64,000 bases of DNA from Candidatus Omnitrophota bacterium (GCA_903856085.1 CAIOAT010000013.1:39430-103429); one strand, 5' to 3'. Counted from the stretch's first letter, positions 47,397-58,039 are shown. Notes: generated by a model not told the origin, from the sequence alone. Numbers and translations: made by a program.

Positions 47397-48164
47397 ATGA
47401 TCAATTTCAAGTCGATCAAAGTTCAGATCAATTTATTCCTCGCTGCTTTCGCCGTCTTCCTCTACCTGAAAGAACCCAGCTTCGCGCTCCTCGCTGGATT
47501 CTTTTGGGCCATTCTTTTTTCAATTCTACTCGAAGGCGCTTTTCTTCTCCCTAAGACGAAGAAACTCCAGATCACGGAGAGCGCCCTTACTTCCGGTTTG
47601 ATTATCGGCTATGTCCTGTCCTCGGGGTCCCCGTGGTGGATGTTCCTCACGGTCGCTCTATTCGCCGTCGGTCTGAAGCACATCCTTCGATTCCACGGAA
47701 AGAATCTGCTGAATCCTGCGGCACTGGGCATCTTCCTGGCCGTGCTTTTACTCAAAGGCAATACGGAATGGAAAGGAACTTATGCCTGGTACCTGCTCAT
47801 TCCCGCGGGTCTTTACATCGTCTACAAGATCAAGAAGATGGAGATCGTCCTGGGCTATCTAGGAATGTCCCTCCTGCTTTTTATCCCTCAGGCCCTCAGG
47901 CAAGGCACTTCCTTAATGGATATCCCGGGCTATTTTAATTTTTTCTTCATCTTTATCATGCTGATCGAACCCAAAACGACCCCTGCCACGCGCTGGCCGA
48001 AGATCACATTCGGAGCCGGGGCCGCGCTTCTGGTTTTTGTTCTTACCGAAAGAGGTTTCCGTTACGAACCCGAACTTTTTGCCCTGCTCGTCCTGAACGC
48101 ACTGGTCCCGTTTCTCAACAAAATCCCTAATTACAAATTTTCAACCCCGAAAAAGATCACTTAA
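47397..48164 (+). CDS. stand-alone short RnfD/NqrB-like membrane protein
   Basis: SALTSGL, KNLLNPAALG, FIMLIEPKTTP; no other rnf/nqr genes adjacent. Confidence 0.78.
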   Translation: MINFKSIKVQINLFLAAFAVFLYLKEPSFALLAGFFWAILFSILLEGAFLLPKTKKLQITESALTSGLIIGYVLSSGSPWWMFLTVALFAVGLKHILRFHGKNLLNPAALGIFLAVLLLKGNTEWKGTYAWYLLIPAGLYIVYKIKKMEIVLGYLGMSLLLFIPQALRQGTSLMDIPGYFNFFFIFIMLIEPKTTPATRWPKITFGAGAALLVFVLTERGFRYEPELFALLVLNALVPFLNKIPNYKFSTPKKIT

Positions 48165-48175
48165 AAGGAGCTTCC

Positions 48176-48517
48176 GTGAAAAAAATAGCCCTTCTCCTCT
48201 GTGGAATCCTTATTGCAAGCGCTACCGCCTTCGCACACCCGCCTTCCGATATCAAGATCCAGTTCGATGTCAAAACGCAGACGCTGAATGCCGTGATCAT
48301 GCACCGGGTGAGCAATCCCCTGACTCACTACATTTACAAGGTGGACATCGGGCTCAATGGAAAAGAGGTCAAATCCCTCAGCTTCAAGCAGCAAGCAACG
48401 AACCGGGAACAGCTCGCAACGGCAGTCCTTTCCGGCGTGAAAAAGGGCGATTCACTCAGCGTCGAGGGTTATTGCAACCTGAGTGGGAAATTAGAGAAAG
48501 AGATTAAAGTCGCCTAG
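48176..48517 (+). CDS. exported desulfoferrodoxin/superoxide-reductase-like metal-binding protein
   Basis: Signal peptide AFA|HPP; MH, HYI and YCNLSG motifs. Confidence 0.62.
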   Translation: MKKIALLLCGILIASATAFAHPPSDIKIQFDVKTQTLNAVIMHRVSNPLTHYIYKVDIGLNGKEVKSLSFKQQATNREQLATAVLSGVKKGDSLSVEGYCNLSGKLEKEIKVA

Positions 48518-48519
48518 CC

Positions 48520-49713
48520 ATGAAGACTCCTCCCCTGAAGGGCAAGGCGGTTATCGGACAATCCGGCGGATGTACTGCGGTCATTAATCAAAGTCTGGCC
48601 GGTGTCGTCATGGCCGCGCGCCATTCAAAGCATATCACCGGCGTCTTGGGCTCACGCAACGGGATCGAAGGCATTCTGAACGGTTCATTCATCGACCTGA
48701 AAACGAAACCGTCAAAATTGATCCGCGATATCGCCAACTCTCCTTCCGCCGCGCTCGGTTCCTCCCGCTACAAACTCAAACCCGGAGATGACCGGAAGAT
48801 CGTTGCGAGCCTCCGGAAACACAATATCCGTTATGTATTCTTGATCGGAGGAAATGATACGGCCAACACCAGTCTTCAGATCGCAAGAGCCGCGGAAAAA
48901 GACCATTATGAGATCCGGGTCATCCATATCCCGAAGACCATCGATAACGATTTAGTCGAAACCGACCATTGCCCGGGATACGGCTCCGTCGCGCGTTTCG
49001 CGGCCGTCACCACGCAAGAAGCAGCGCTCGACACCAAGGCGATGAAGAACGTGGATCCCGTGAAGATTATCGAGCTCATGGGAAGGAATTCCGGATGGAT
49101 TGTCGCAGCCTCGGCGCTTCTTAAAAAATCGCCCCTGGACGCACCCCACATCCTTCTCATCCCGGAAGTCCCGTTCGATGAGACCGCTTTCATCAGAAGA
49201 ACCGAAGCCATCCTGCAATCGATCGGTTATTGCATCATCGTGATCTCAGAAACGATCCGCGATTACGGCGGAAACCGCATCGGCCGAAAAACCGAGGGCG
49301 TGACCTCAGATCCCTTTGGCCACCGTTACGTGGAAGGTGCCTCCGCACGGCTCGCGAGTATTCTTGAAAAAAGATTGAAAGTGCGGGCACGCTTCGACAA
49401 ACCCGGAACGATCCAGCGCATGTCGATGGCTTATATCTCAGAGACCGATCAAAAGGAAGCTTATCAGGCGGGTGTGCACGCCGTAACATGGGCGCTTCAG
49501 GGAATGACCCAGGTCATGGTGGGATTTGATAGAAAATCAGGGGAAAATTACGCCATCACTTATAAGCCGGTGTCACTGGAAAAGATCCCAAGCCGCGAAC
49601 GTGACCTTCCCACTGAATTTTTTGATAAGAAAAAAGGGATGATCACTCCGGCCTTCGTGAATTACGCCCTCCCGCTTCTCGGCAAAAGCCTCCCCGATTT
49701 CGCTTCGTTTTAA
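48520..49713 (+). CDS. pfp: phosphofructokinase, probably PPi-dependent
   Basis: GQSGG, IGGNDT (Asp), PKTIDND (Lys), MGRNSGW. Confidence 0.88.
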   Translation: MKTPPLKGKAVIGQSGGCTAVINQSLAGVVMAARHSKHITGVLGSRNGIEGILNGSFIDLKTKPSKLIRDIANSPSAALGSSRYKLKPGDDRKIVASLRKHNIRYVFLIGGNDTANTSLQIARAAEKDHYEIRVIHIPKTIDNDLVETDHCPGYGSVARFAAVTTQEAALDTKAMKNVDPVKIIELMGRNSGWIVAASALLKKSPLDAPHILLIPEVPFDETAFIRRTEAILQSIGYCIIVISETIRDYGGNRIGRKTEGVTSDPFGHRYVEGASARLASILEKRLKVRARFDKPGTIQRMSMAYISETDQKEAYQAGVHAVTWALQGMTQVMVGFDRKSGENYAITYKPVSLEKIPSRERDLPTEFFDKKKGMITPAFVNYALPLLGKSLPDFASF

Positions 49714-49727
49714 GGGGTGTCGGCTCT

Positions 49728-51323
49728 TCACACCGGAGAATCGAGAAGAACGACGTTTGGATTTTTTTCCTGAAAATTCCTGAGAAGCCATTCACTCAGG
49801 AAAAGAAGCACCCTCCGCCCCTGTTCATCCCGAGCCAGGGCAACGCCGTAAGAAAGGATATCCCCTAGATCCGCGTCAGTGAGTGCGCTCTCCGCCCATC
49901 TCAGGATCTTCCACGGTAACATTTCAAGTGTCGACTCCGCGCCGTATTCCTCTTTCAGCCGGTACTGCAAGACCTCGTATTGTAAAGGGCCCACGGCTCC
50001 CAGAAGCGCGGTGTTGGGATTGGCCGGTTTGATCCAGCTGAAGACCTGAACAATATCCTCGGCGAGTAAATGCTCCATGCCTTTTCGAAAGGGCTTATAT
50101 TTCCCCGGCGAGGGATTGTGGATCGAAGCAAAACATTCCGGAGCAAAACGCGGAATGGTGTTAAACACGATCGAAGGATCTTCGCTCACGGTATCCCCCA
50201 CACGAAAATCCGATTTCACGGCAAATCCGACAATATCCCCAGGATACGCCTCGTTGACGGTCTCGCGGCTCTGTCCCAAAAGCGTGTGCGATCCCGCGAT
50301 CCTGACGCTTTTTCCTGTCCTCGTATGAAAAACATCCATATCCCGGATAAACTTGCCCGAACAAATACGCAAAAAAGCGATCCGGTCACGGTGCAACGGA
50401 TTCATATTGGTCTGGATCTTGAAAATGAAACCTGAGAAATCTTTTGAGACGACGGGAATCGACCGCTCCCCCGCGTTTCTTTCTGCCGGTCCTGCGGAGT
50501 ACTTGATGAAACCATCGAGCAAAAGCTGCACCCCAAAGTTATTGGCGGCACTCCCGAAAAAAACCGGGGTTGTTTTCCCTTCAAGCACCGACTCCGGAGA
50601 AAAACCGACATGCGCCGTATCCAAAAGCTCTAATTCTTCTGACGCTTGGGCATAGGATTGTTCGTCCACGATCGTTTTCACTGCCGGGTCCGAAAAACCG
50701 TGCATCGACACCGGAGCCTTATAAGCACCCCCGGGAACTTTTTGAAAAAGGTGGACTTCCTTTTGAAGCCGATCATAAACTCCCCGGAATTCCCGGCCGC
50801 TCCCCAGCGGCCAGTTGACGGGATAGGCATGGATCCCAAGGACGGTTTCCAGCTCATCGATCAACGCAAGAGGAGAAAGACCCGGACGGTCGAGTTTATT
50901 CATAAAGGTAAAGATCGGGATTCCGCGGTGACGACAGATCTCAAAAAGCTTACGGGTCTGGCTTTCGATCCCTTTCCCGGAATCGATCACCATCACGACC
51001 GCATCCACCGCCATCAAGACGCGATAGGTATCTTCCGAAAAATCCTTGTGACCGGGCGTGTCGAGTAGATTGATCCGCCACGGACCGTAATCAAACTGAA
51101 GGAGCGTGGAGCTGATGGAGATTCCCCGCTTCTTCTCCATTTCCATCCAGTCCGAAGCCGTCTCCCGCTCCTGCTTGCGCGCGGTCACAGACCCGGCCAA
51201 CTGAACCGCACCGCCATACAGAAGAAATTTTTCCGTAAGCGTCGTCTTACCGGCGTCTGGATGCGAAATAATCGCGAAAGTCCGCCGTCTCAGAATTTCA
51301 TCTTGGATCAAACCTGCTTGCAT
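49728..51323 (-). CDS. prfC: peptide chain release factor 3
   Basis: RRTFAIISHPDAGKTTLTEK, DTPGH, GAVGPLQYEV. Confidence 0.97.
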   Translation of the reverse strand: MQAGLIQDEILRRRTFAIISHPDAGKTTLTEKFLLYGGAVQLAGSVTARKQERETASDWMEMEKKRGISISSTLLQFDYGPWRINLLDTPGHKDFSEDTYRVLMAVDAVVMVIDSGKGIESQTRKLFEICRHRGIPIFTFMNKLDRPGLSPLALIDELETVLGIHAYPVNWPLGSGREFRGVYDRLQKEVHLFQKVPGGAYKAPVSMHGFSDPAVKTIVDEQSYAQASEELELLDTAHVGFSPESVLEGKTTPVFFGSAANNFGVQLLLDGFIKYSAGPAERNAGERSIPVVSKDFSGFIFKIQTNMNPLHRDRIAFLRICSGKFIRDMDVFHTRTGKSVRIAGSHTLLGQSRETVNEAYPGDIVGFAVKSDFRVGDTVSEDPSIVFNTIPRFAPECFASIHNPSPGKYKPFRKGMEHLLAEDIVQVFSWIKPANPNTALLGAVGPLQYEVLQYRLKEEYGAESTLEMLPWKILRWAESALTDADLGDILSYGVALARDEQGRRVLLFLSEWLLRNFQEKNPNVVLLDSPV

Positions 51324-51370
51324 GACTTGATTACCTTAAGGATTTTGAAATGACCAGAACGAGTCCGATT

Positions 51371-52291
51371 TTATGAAGCCCCACTGGATTGCTGCGATTC
51401 ACGGAGAAAACCCATGTTGCTTTTCCAACCCGGGATCGCTTTACACCAAAGTTCCAGAAATACTTTTTTACCGAGGAATCGTTCGATGTCGAGACGCGCC
51501 GCCGTGCCGATCTGCTTGATCTTTGCGCCACCCTGACCGATCACGATCGCTTTTTGAGAATCCCGCTCGATCACGATCGTAGCGTGAATACGGGTAATTT
51601 TCTCTTCTTCATTGAATTCATCGATCCGCACCGCTCCATCGTAAGGAAGTTCCTCTCCTAGGAAGTGATAGAGCTTTTCGCGTATCATTTCCTGCACATG
51701 AAAACGGACATTCTGGTCGGAGAGTTGATCCTCCGGATAAATGAACTCGCCCTTCGGGAGATACTCCAACGCCTGCTGGATCAAGGTCTTGACGTTCTCT
51801 CCGGTCTTGGCGCTGATAGGAATAAATTCTTTAAAAGCGAAAGCTTTCTGATAAGAATCCAGGGCCAGCAAAAGATCGTCCTTGGGAAAACGATCGATCT
51901 GATTGACTAGAAGAAATACGGGAATGGAAACATCCTGGATCCATTTCAGGATCGCGCGTTCCGCATCTCCCATGGCTTTGGGATAAACCATCCAGAAAAG
52001 AAGATCCGCGTCCGAAAGCGACTGATGGACATCGCGCACCATGCCCTCACCCAAAGCGTCTTTGGGTTGATGCACGCCGGGCGTGTCGAGGAAAACGATT
52101 TGCCCACGATAAGGGCTTTGGACCACCGCGCCATCAGAAACTGTCAGGATCCCGCGGACTACATCGCGTGTCGTTTGAGGTTTTGCAGAGGTCCCGGCCA
52201 ATTTTTCTCCCACAAGATAATTCAAAAGGGTGGATTTTCCGACGTTCGGTCTTCCGATGATCGCGACATGTCCTACTTTAGTCTCAGACAT
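51371..52291 (-). CDS. era: GTPase Era
   Basis: GRPNVGKST, PQTTR, DTPG, KH domain SQKAIVIG; an alternative start exists at 52318. Confidence 0.96.
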   Translation of the reverse strand: MSETKVGHVAIIGRPNVGKSTLLNYLVGEKLAGTSAKPQTTRDVVRGILTVSDGAVVQSPYRGQIVFLDTPGVHQPKDALGEGMVRDVHQSLSDADLLFWMVYPKAMGDAERAILKWIQDVSIPVFLLVNQIDRFPKDDLLLALDSYQKAFAFKEFIPISAKTGENVKTLIQQALEYLPKGEFIYPEDQLSDQNVRFHVQEMIREKLYHFLGEELPYDGAVRIDEFNEEEKITRIHATIVIERDSQKAIVIGQGGAKIKQIGTAARLDIERFLGKKVFLELWCKAIPGWKSNMGFLRESQQSSGAS

Positions 52292-53510
52292 TCTTTTTTT
52301 CTCCGTTGGATCCGGCATTCGTTGCTTCTTGATCTTGGGCCATAAAAGGTTGCGTCAGGATCGCGCCAAGTTTGGTGAGCCCGTACGTCACTTGTCCCGG
52401 CGTATTCGCGGCAATTTTAACGGTCCCGACAATACCGGCCTTGGTCTTGGAGATCAAAGACTTTTGAAACGCCTTCGTGAAAGCGCTGAAAACGCGGAAT
52501 TTGGGGTCCTCGATATCGCCATCGACTTTGATATTCAGCTCCACACTTTTTTGATTTTCTAAAAGAAATTGGATCGCACCGAAAGGATATTTGAGAAGCT
52601 TCTGGGCAGCCGTCGGCGCTGCGAACGTCATGGACTTAAGGGCCAGTAAATGCTCCGATCGAAGACCCCCCTCGACACATAAAAGGTGCGACTTGAGATC
52701 GAAGGTCCCGCTTTGCACTTCCCCGAGGATCCCCGAAAGGAGAAAATCATATTCCGACATAGACCCATCGGTGAGCTGCGCGTTGATATCAAAATTGTCC
52801 CCATCCGCGAATTGACACTTTCCGCCTCCCGAAAAACGGGCCGGAGGATTCTCTCCGAACGTTGCGTCCACATGGATCGTCTCCGTAAAGGTCGGACTGG
52901 TATAATTCGAAAGAAAATCAAAACCGGTCCAATAACCCTTGATATGCTCAAAGATCCACCGGTGCGAGTCGGATTCACGCCGGTCGTCAAAAATGAACGT
53001 CCCCTTCTCGAGTTCCAAACGGTCGATCCGAACACGCCAGGAACCTTCGCCGATATTGCCGTTGTCCGGATCCGGCATCGCACGCTGCGGGACCGGCGGC
53101 CCATCCACATCCAGCCCCATGTTGTGATACCAGTGTTTAACATTGGTGCGAGACCCCTGAGAAGTCATATAGCTCTCAATCGCAAAAACAACTTCATTGA
53201 AATGGGCCTTGCGAATCCGGATAAACTTATTCTTGAGTACCCCGAGATCCAGAGTCAGATCGATCCCCTTGCAAGTAAAATGGTCGCGTCGTTTGAACCC
53301 CGGAGGATTGAGAATCTCGAGTTTTTCAACACTTATACGTGAAAAAAACGGGGAAATACGCATTCCTTCAATATGCACCGGCATGTCAAAGACGCGGGTC
53401 ATTACTTTTTCTAAAAAAGGTTCGGCGGCGATACCCAGAAGTCGGGCGTGCAACATTCCGAGAACCACCAGTCCGATCAAAATAAGGAAAAACAGCCTTC
53501 GTTTCTTCAT
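52284..53510 (-). CDS. AsmA/DUF748-like membrane-anchored periplasmic protein
   Basis: N-terminal TM, ILNPPGF, beta-rich body, C-terminal VDGDIEDPKF. Confidence 0.65.
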   Translation of the reverse strand: MKKRRLFFLILIGLVVLGMLHARLLGIAAEPFLEKVMTRVFDMPVHIEGMRISPFFSRISVEKLEILNPPGFKRRDHFTCKGIDLTLDLGVLKNKFIRIRKAHFNEVVFAIESYMTSQGSRTNVKHWYHNMGLDVDGPPVPQRAMPDPDNGNIGEGSWRVRIDRLELEKGTFIFDDRRESDSHRWIFEHIKGYWTGFDFLSNYTSPTFTETIHVDATFGENPPARFSGGGKCQFADGDNFDINAQLTDGSMSEYDFLLSGILGEVQSGTFDLKSHLLCVEGGLRSEHLLALKSMTFAAPTAAQKLLKYPFGAIQFLLENQKSVELNIKVDGDIEDPKFRVFSAFTKAFQKSLISKTKAGIVGTVKIAANTPGQVTYGLTKLGAILTQPFMAQDQEATNAGSNGEKKNV

Positions 53511-54523
53511 CGAGGATTCAACCCTTTCCGGAAAATTTCTTCTTGCGCATAAAGTTCTTTCAACCGTCCAACATCCTCCGGGCTCAATGCTGGTTCGAAA
53601 GACGCCGCCGTATTCTCAAGCACTTGCGCCCGGGTCTTGGCTCCGGCGATCACTGTCGAAACTGCTCCGAATGAGAGCGTGAATTCCAACGCCGCTCTCA
53701 CAAGAGGCAAGATCCGAGACCCCAGTGTTTTTTGGATAAGCTGGATCTTTTGCCAATCAGCTTCCCGCTTTTCAGGAACCCATCGACGGCGGTGATCCTC
53801 CTTAGGAAACTCGTGCGAAGGATCGTATTTCTCGCTTAAAAGCCCTGAGGCAAGTGGCTCCCGGACAATGACCCCGATATCTTTTTTCTCCGCTTCAGGA
53901 AGAATTTTTGTGGTCATACGCTGATCCAATAGATTCAAAATGATTTGGATCGCATGCACCCTCGGATCTTCAAGCACCGCCAAGGCCTCCGCCTCCGTGT
54001 GAACCGAGATCCCGATAAAACGGATCTTTCCTTCTTTCTTCAGTCCTTCCAAAACGCTAACCAGATCGCCTTTTTGGATCAGCTCCAGCGAAGGATTATG
54101 AAGCTGAAAAAGGTCGATCACATCCGTCCCGAGACGCTTGAGACTTTGTTCGCAAGCGAAGCGGACATAATGGGTATCAAAATTTTTCCTGTGCCCGGTG
54201 TGGTTGAGCTTTTCAGGCGATCCCGGCAACAAAGAGGCGGGTTTTTGTGAAGGCGTGTAGAAATCCCAGCCACACTTAGTGGCCAGCGTACAACGGTCGC
54301 GGGCCCGGCCTTTCAGGAATTTTCCAAGAAGTTCTTCGCTGTGTCCTTCTCCGTAGGTGTCCGCCGTGTCAAAAAAATTAACTCCAAAATCCCATGCCGC
54401 CGCTAGAGCTTCGAGAGAATCTTTATCACGGACCGGACCATAGGCATTACCTCCGATGGCCCAACAACCAAAACCCATCTCGGAAACACGCAAACCCGTT
54501 TTTCCAAAACGGCGCTCTTTCAT
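53507..54523 (-). CDS. aldo/keto reductase
   Basis: GFGCWAIG, FFDTADTYG, SLKRLGTDVIDLFQLH, GKIRFIGIS. Confidence 0.95.
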   Translation of the reverse strand: MKERRFGKTGLRVSEMGFGCWAIGGNAYGPVRDKDSLEALAAAWDFGVNFFDTADTYGEGHSEELLGKFLKGRARDRCTLATKCGWDFYTPSQKPASLLPGSPEKLNHTGHRKNFDTHYVRFACEQSLKRLGTDVIDLFQLHNPSLELIQKGDLVSVLEGLKKEGKIRFIGISVHTEAEALAVLEDPRVHAIQIILNLLDQRMTTKILPEAEKKDIGVIVREPLASGLLSEKYDPSHEFPKEDHRRRWVPEKREADWQKIQLIQKTLGSRILPLVRAALEFTLSFGAVSTVIAGAKTRAQVLENTAASFEPALSPEDVGRLKELYAQEEIFRKGLNPR

Positions 54524-54592
54524 GTAAGGGGCAACGGCTCCAATCCCGGAAGCTCTAAAAAAGAAGCTAAAGACTTGGGTGGGTTGATCGAA

Positions 54593-54922
54593 CTACTTGG
54601 GGAAAAGTTCGTCAATGGCTTTTTGGATCTTATCCTGAGCCTGATAACCAACGAGCTGTTTCGCGACTTCTCCATCCTTGAAGAAAATAACCGTCGGAAT
54701 GCCCTGGATCCCGTATTTCTGGGGAGTGCCCGGATTCTCATCCACGTTCATTTTTCCGACTGCAACGCGACCGGCATTGGCCACCGCGATCTTTTCGATC
54801 ACAGGCCCGAGCATCCGGCAGGGTCCGCACCATTCTGCCCAAAAATCGACCAGAACGGGTTGGGAGGATTGGAGCACTTCGGTTTGAAAATTCGCGTCGG
54901 TAAGGGTCTTTTCTTTACTCAT
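54593..54922 (-). CDS. trxA: thioredoxin
   Basis: VDFWAEWCGPC, IPT. Confidence 0.96.
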   Translation of the reverse strand: MSKEKTLTDANFQTEVLQSSQPVLVDFWAEWCGPCRMLGPVIEKIAVANAGRVAVGKMNVDENPGTPQKYGIQGIPTVIFFKDGEVAKQLVGYQAQDKIQKAIDELFPK

Positions 54923-55036
54923 AGGACAGCTCCTCATGGAAAATAACAGTGAAAACCTTGTTGTGACGGAGCTGTACTATACACCGAACAAGCTATTCTG
55001 TCCACACGACCGGAGAATCTCTAAAAGATCGAGTAG

Positions 55037-55408
55037 CTATTCGAGACCGAGGATCTCGGAAATGGCTTTAAATACTTTGTCCACGAACGGTTTTTGGACC
55101 ACCCTTGCAGCGCCGACTTTTTGGGCTAGGACTTCGAGATGCGTTTCCTGCATTGCCGTAAAAAAAATGACGGGAATATGAGCTGTTTCCTTAAGCGCCT
55201 TGAGACGGCGACAGGTCTCGTAACCATCTATATCGGGCATCGCGATATCCAGAAGAATAATGTCCGGCTTCCACGTCATTGCCTTCTCGATCCCGCTAGC
55301 ACCGTCGTGCGCTGTCTCGACCAAAAAACCATGAGATGCGACGCGCATTTTCAGAAGCGTCACCACCACAGGCTCATCATCCACAATCAAGATTTTTCTG
55401 GACGTCAT
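55037..55408 (-). CDS. single-domain response regulator
   Basis: ILIVDDE, LLDIAMP, QKPF. Confidence 0.92.
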   Translation of the reverse strand: MTSRKILIVDDEPVVVTLLKMRVASHGFLVETAHDGASGIEKAMTWKPDIILLDIAMPDIDGYETCRRLKALKETAHIPVIFFTAMQETHLEVLAQKVGAARVVQKPFVDKVFKAISEILGLE

Positions 55409-55448
55409 GATTTCTCCTCACTTAAAAAATAAACGAGAGACTTGGACG

Positions 55449-57239
55449 TCATAATCCTTCTTCCCGCTTGGGAACATCTTCGCTGAGTTCTTTTTCAACA
55501 CAGACCCTGTTCCGTCCTTCTGTTTTCGCCCGGTAAAGGGCCTCATCCGCGCGAAGAACCATCAAATCGGGAATCGTCTCTCCGGGGCTCAATGTCGCGG
55601 CCCCAATGCTCATTGTCAGTGGGATCTTGACGCCCTCATAGCTAAAAGAGTTATGTTCGAACTGACGCCGGATCTTTTCCGCATAGTTAAAAGCCGCGTC
55701 GATCAGATGACATTTCTTGAACATAACAATGAACTCTTCACCGCCATAACGCCCCACGGGATTCATCTCCCCAGTCCCCTCTTCCGTCTGCGTCAAAAGC
55801 CGGAGATTCTCGGCAACATATTTAAGCGCTACGTCCCCCGCCACATGGCCGTACTTATCGTTGATTTTCTTGAAATGGTCCAAATCCAACAGAATGATGG
55901 AGAGCGGTTGCTGTTTCTTATGAGCTTCCACGACCGCCTCGTTAAGCAAGGTCCGGAAATGCCGGATGACATAAAGCCCCGTGAGGCCATCGCGGGTCGC
56001 CAGGGCAAAAAGACGCTCCTGTTCCCGTTTGCCGATTGTAATTGAAAAGACCGCCGAAAAAACGAAAAGCGAGAAGATCAAAAGAAGCGGATTGACCACA
56101 TAAACCCAAACCCCGCGATCGACAAAGAGCCAGAAGGCGAAAAGAACCCATAAAAATCCGAACCCCAGACCGACCATAAGTGAAAAAACTTTCCTCGAAA
56201 AAAGGAAGAGAAAAGAAAGCAAAATTCCGATCGCCAGCAACGCGATCCTGTTCCACCGCAGAGCTACGGGTCGCACAAACTGTTTCATGAGAATGCCGTT
56301 CATGATATTGGTCTGAACCCCGACCGCCGGATAGGCCTCTTCCATCGGGTTTGCCTTGATGTCCGTAAGCCCAAGAGCCGTGAGCCCGATCACGCAGATC
56401 TTGCCTTTGATCTTGTCCGGCGTGATAAGCGGGGGACGGCCCTCACGGATATCCGCATAACTTTTGATCACATCCAAATAAGAATAATGCTGGAAAGAAT
56501 CCTTCCACCTTCCCGCCCAATTGATGAAGATCCTTCCCTCCTGGTCCGTGGGAATGGAAAGCTTTTCCTTCAACATATCTTTGCCAAGATAGTCAAATGC
56601 CACCTTAGCGCCAAGGTAAGAATAGGTCTCTCCGTTATAAGAAAGCCGAGGAATCACCCTTCGGATCGTCCCGTCCTGATCTGGAAAGATGTTCACATGT
56701 CCCACTCCCTTCGCACTGTGTTCGAATTCGGGCATAGAGTGAACCCAGGTCTTTTCCGAACCCAGCGATTCCATCATGACCGGCAAATACACATTCCCAG
56801 CTTCCTTGATCGCCTGAGCCAGGGCCTCATCATCGAATGTAGTGCTGGATTCGCTAAAGATCACGTCGAAAACGATCGCCTTGGCGCCCCACTCGTGGAG
56901 GATATGAACCAATGCGGCGTGATTATGTCTCGGCCACGGCCAGCGCCCGAGCCCTTGAAGGCTGTCCTCGGCCATATCGATATGCACGATGGCCGGATGC
57001 ATCGTGATCGGAGGTCTTTGACGGAAAAAGAAGTCGATAAAAACGTTCTCGAATCGCTCCATGAGAGGCGTTTTCATCACAAGCATATGAAATCCAATGA
57101 TCAGAAGGCAGCAACAGAAATGGATCAAATGCAACCGGAAGGTCGTGCTGAAATAAAAAACTATCTGGCGTTGTTTGCGCCTGAAAAAACTGTCAGGGGT
57201 CTGTAAAAGTCCGGCCGGAGGATTCTTTAATTGAGTCAT
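55449..57239 (-). CDS. CHASE2-GGDEF diguanylate cyclase
   Basis: GRWPWPR, FDVIF, DQDGTIR; TM helices; DLDHFKKIND, RYGGEEF. Confidence 0.93.
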   Translation of the reverse strand: MTQLKNPPAGLLQTPDSFFRRKQRQIVFYFSTTFRLHLIHFCCCLLIIGFHMLVMKTPLMERFENVFIDFFFRQRPPITMHPAIVHIDMAEDSLQGLGRWPWPRHNHAALVHILHEWGAKAIVFDVIFSESSTTFDDEALAQAIKEAGNVYLPVMMESLGSEKTWVHSMPEFEHSAKGVGHVNIFPDQDGTIRRVIPRLSYNGETYSYLGAKVAFDYLGKDMLKEKLSIPTDQEGRIFINWAGRWKDSFQHYSYLDVIKSYADIREGRPPLITPDKIKGKICVIGLTALGLTDIKANPMEEAYPAVGVQTNIMNGILMKQFVRPVALRWNRIALLAIGILLSFLFLFSRKVFSLMVGLGFGFLWVLFAFWLFVDRGVWVYVVNPLLLIFSLFVFSAVFSITIGKREQERLFALATRDGLTGLYVIRHFRTLLNEAVVEAHKKQQPLSIILLDLDHFKKINDKYGHVAGDVALKYVAENLRLLTQTEEGTGEMNPVGRYGGEEFIVMFKKCHLIDAAFNYAEKIRRQFEHNSFSYEGVKIPLTMSIGAATLSPGETIPDLMVLRADEALYRAKTEGRNRVCVEKELSEDVPKREEGL

Positions 57240-57349
57240 AGCTCTTTTTCCATAGACACTTCACGTCAGGGTTCTTCTTAGAGTTTCGGAATCCTTCGCC
57301 ATAAACTTTAAATCTATCCTGACTTATATTTTCTTTTGATTAATGGTAG

Positions 57350-58039
57350 TCAGGATTGCCCCAATTTCCGCTTCTTCCCGCATCGTTTCGCCAGAGGCTT
57401 CCCCGCGGACGAACATAGGCGCCTGATCTCGCAATGCCAACAATCCGGCCGTCGAGCCAAACAGCGCGCGCGTCCATGATGGATGATAAGATGCGCGTAG
57501 AGTGTCCAATCTTTTTTCGGCACTAATTCCATTAGGTCGACTTCGATCTTCACGGGATCGGTGTGGCGTGTCAATCGCAACAAGCGATTGATGCGTATCA
57601 TATGCGTATCAACCGGAATCCCGGGAATCCCAAAGGCATTCCCCAAAATGACATTGGCCGTCTTCCGGCCAACTCCCGGGATCGTGATGAGATCTTCCAT
57701 GCGAGCCGGCACTTTTCCTCTGAATCTTTCAAGAACCGCTTGCGCAGCACCAAGGATATTCTTGGTCTTATTTCTGTAAAAGCCCGTGCTGCGCACCATT
57801 TTCTCGACCTCCCCAGGATCCGCGGCCGCAAAGGCACGCACGTTTGAATATTTTTTAAAAAGGTCTGGCGTGACCTGATTGACGAGCTTGTCCGTACACT
57901 GGGCGGAAAGAACTGTCGCCACCAGAAGTTCCCACGGCGTCAAAAACTTAAGAGCGCATGCGGCATTTGGATAGGCCTTTTCCAGACAACGGAGGATGGC
58001 ACGCACACGCTTCCTTTGGACCGCAAGAGTCTCTTTCAT
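57350..58039 (-). CDS. nth: endonuclease III
   Basis: LSAQCTD, PGVGRKTANV, VDTH, C-x6-C-x2-C-x5-C. Confidence 0.96.
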   Translation of the reverse strand: MKETLAVQRKRVRAILRCLEKAYPNAACALKFLTPWELLVATVLSAQCTDKLVNQVTPDLFKKYSNVRAFAAADPGEVEKMVRSTGFYRNKTKNILGAAQAVLERFRGKVPARMEDLITIPGVGRKTANVILGNAFGIPGIPVDTHMIRINRLLRLTRHTDPVKIEVDLMELVPKKDWTLYAHLIIHHGRARCLARRPDCWHCEIRRLCSSAGKPLAKRCGKKRKLGQS

